Source: an archaeon
GTDB lineage: Archaea; Asgardarchaeota; Thorarchaeia; Thorarchaeales; Thorarchaeaceae
Reading direction: 5' to 3'
Length of the DNA stretch: 32,000 nucleotides
Assembly (NCBI GenBank): GCA_024275415.1
Contig: JAJRZD010000015.1
Coordinates: 1-32,000, forward strand
This document shows, in pieces, positions 30,537-32,000 of this stretch; the first letter of the stretch is position 1; each line of letters starts with the position of its first letter. The notes under the pieces were generated by a model. The model searched no databases. It had not been told where the DNA came from and was given only the letters and a program-made list of their open reading frames with translations. The position numbers and the translations under genes are program-made.

Positions 30537-31566
30537 GACAATCGAGTGGATGGATGATGCCAACAATGTTCGTCTTGTGGATCAGACGAAACTGCCATTG
30601 AAAACTGAGCACCTGATTATCTCAAGTCATAAGAGAATGGCTCAGGCTATCAAGACTATGGAGATTCGAGGCGCTCCTGCAATTGGTGCTGCAGCTGGGA
30701 TGGGGATGGCACTAGCCGCATTAGAAAGCGGAGCTAGTACTAAGAATGAATTACTAGAGTTTCTTGAGCATGCAGCAGACACCTTAAACACTAGACCCAC
30801 GGCTGTGAACCTTACGTGGGCAACCACAAGGATGCTCAATGTTGCTAGGGCTGCTGAGGGGGATCCAAACAAAATAGTGCAACTCCTGATTTCAGAAGCA
30901 AAAGAGATTGCAGAAGAGGATGTTCGCATGTGCAGGGACATCGGCGAGAATGCTCTGAGGTACATCAAGCCGGATTTCACAATTCAGACTATATGTAACG
31001 CTGGCTCACTAGCAACTGTCCATCTTGGTACAGTAGGTGCTGTGGTAAGGGTGGCACATGAAAGATATAGTGGGCGTATTAGGGTCTACGCAGCTGAAAC
31101 ACGTCCTCGACAGCAAGGGGCGAAATTGACTGTCTTCGAGATGATGGAGGACAACATTGATACAACGCTGATAACGGATGGAATGATTGGAACTGTCTTC
31201 AAAGAGGGGAGGGTCGATTGCTGTGTGGTAGGAGCTGATAGGATATTGCGAACAGGACATGTCACTAATAAGATTGGAACCTATACGATGGCGATCACAG
31301 CAAAATACCATGACATCCCATTCTATGTTGCAGCGCCCATGTCTACGATTGATTGGGATACAGACCCAGAAAATCTCGTAATAGAAGAGAGAAACCCTGA
31401 TGAGATTCGGGTCATCAACGGCACTCCTATCACAGTCCCGACTGCTAAGGTCTACAATCCGGCTTTTGATACTACTCCACCCGAGCTTGTGACAGCGATT
31501 ATAACTGACAAGGGAGTTGTTGAGCTTCCAGACGAGGATAAGATGCGTGGGTTGCGTGACTGTTAG
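30529..31566 (+). CDS. mtnA: S-methyl-5-thioribose-1-phosphate isomerase (eIF-2B-alpha family)
   Basis: IRGAPAIG, TRPTAVNL, CNAGSLAT, ETRP..QG, VGADR, NKIGT, NPAFDTTP. Confidence 0.92.
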   Translation: MFRTIEWMDDANNVRLVDQTKLPLKTEHLIISSHKRMAQAIKTMEIRGAPAIGAAAGMGMALAALESGASTKNELLEFLEHAADTLNTRPTAVNLTWATTRMLNVARAAEGDPNKIVQLLISEAKEIAEEDVRMCRDIGENALRYIKPDFTIQTICNAGSLATVHLGTVGAVVRVAHERYSGRIRVYAAETRPRQQGAKLTVFEMMEDNIDTTLITDGMIGTVFKEGRVDCCVVGADRILRTGHVTNKIGTYTMAITAKYHDIPFYVAAPMSTIDWDTDPENLVIEERNPDEIRVINGTPITVPTAKVYNPAFDTTPPELVTAIITDKGVVELPDEDKMRGLRDC

Positions 31567-31700
31567 ACGGGATTAATGACATTCCAGCTTGCGCTTGTGT
31601 GAGACGTGAGTGTGTATTGAAGCACTATGAAGCCATGAACGGCTCCAAGTCAATGTTTATCTGCGTCACATCATAATTGAAAGACGAGAGGAATCATACT

Positions 31701-32000
31701 ATGCCTAGTTGTGAACTGTGTGGCAGAAATATGAAGAGCAAAGGACGAAAGGTCACAATTGAAGGGGCTGAGATGATTGTTTGCCCCCAATGTGCAGCAA
31801 AATTTGGAGGCCGATCATCCGACACATTCAGCAAGCCACAGTATGATAAGCCAAGCAAACCTTCATGGACAAGCACACCAAGTTCTAAGCCATCGAAGGT
31901 CGCTCCCTTACGGGTGCCGGCCAAACCAGCACCTCTAAAGAAAACAAGACCACCAAGGACGAGGTCAGCGCCCCTCATCGACGACATGGTTTTGATTGAG
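31701..32000 (+). CDS. mbf1: Archaeal MBF1 (partial, runs off the window)
   Basis: MPSCELCG...IEGAEMIVCPQCAAKFG zinc ribbon; read manually, not in the ORF track. Confidence 0.85.
   Translation, partial: MPSCELCGRNMKSKGRKVTIEGAEMIVCPQCAAKFGGRSSDTFSKPQYDKPSKPSWTSTPSSKPSKVAPLRVPAKPAPLKKTRPPRTRSAPLIDDMVLIE

Overview
Archaeal core-genome window, probably Asgard/TACK (Thorarchaeia-like; inferred from unsplit RpoB, split RpoA, eS1/eL30 and (αβ)2-type EndA, not verified by search). It contains the rpoB-rpoA1-rpoA2-eL30-nusA-uS12-uS7 operon, the KEOPS genes (kae1, bud32, pcc1), uS15, eS1, Lsm, FAU-1, a tRNA splicing endonuclease subunit and five tRNA genes that carry seven short bulge-helix-bulge (BHB) introns. 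Main observation: the essential rpoA2 gene is interrupted inside the conserved motif TQMTLRTFHYAG by a 30-nt hairpin insertion (7983-8012) with two in-frame stops. Its architecture (1+9+5+9+4+2 nt) is the same as that of two tRNA T-loop introns in this window, and removing it at BHB-predicted positions restores the Phe codon. This suggests an mRNA intron spliced by the tRNA endonuclease. rpoB also has an in-frame TAA at a conserved Ser, which may be a sequencing error.
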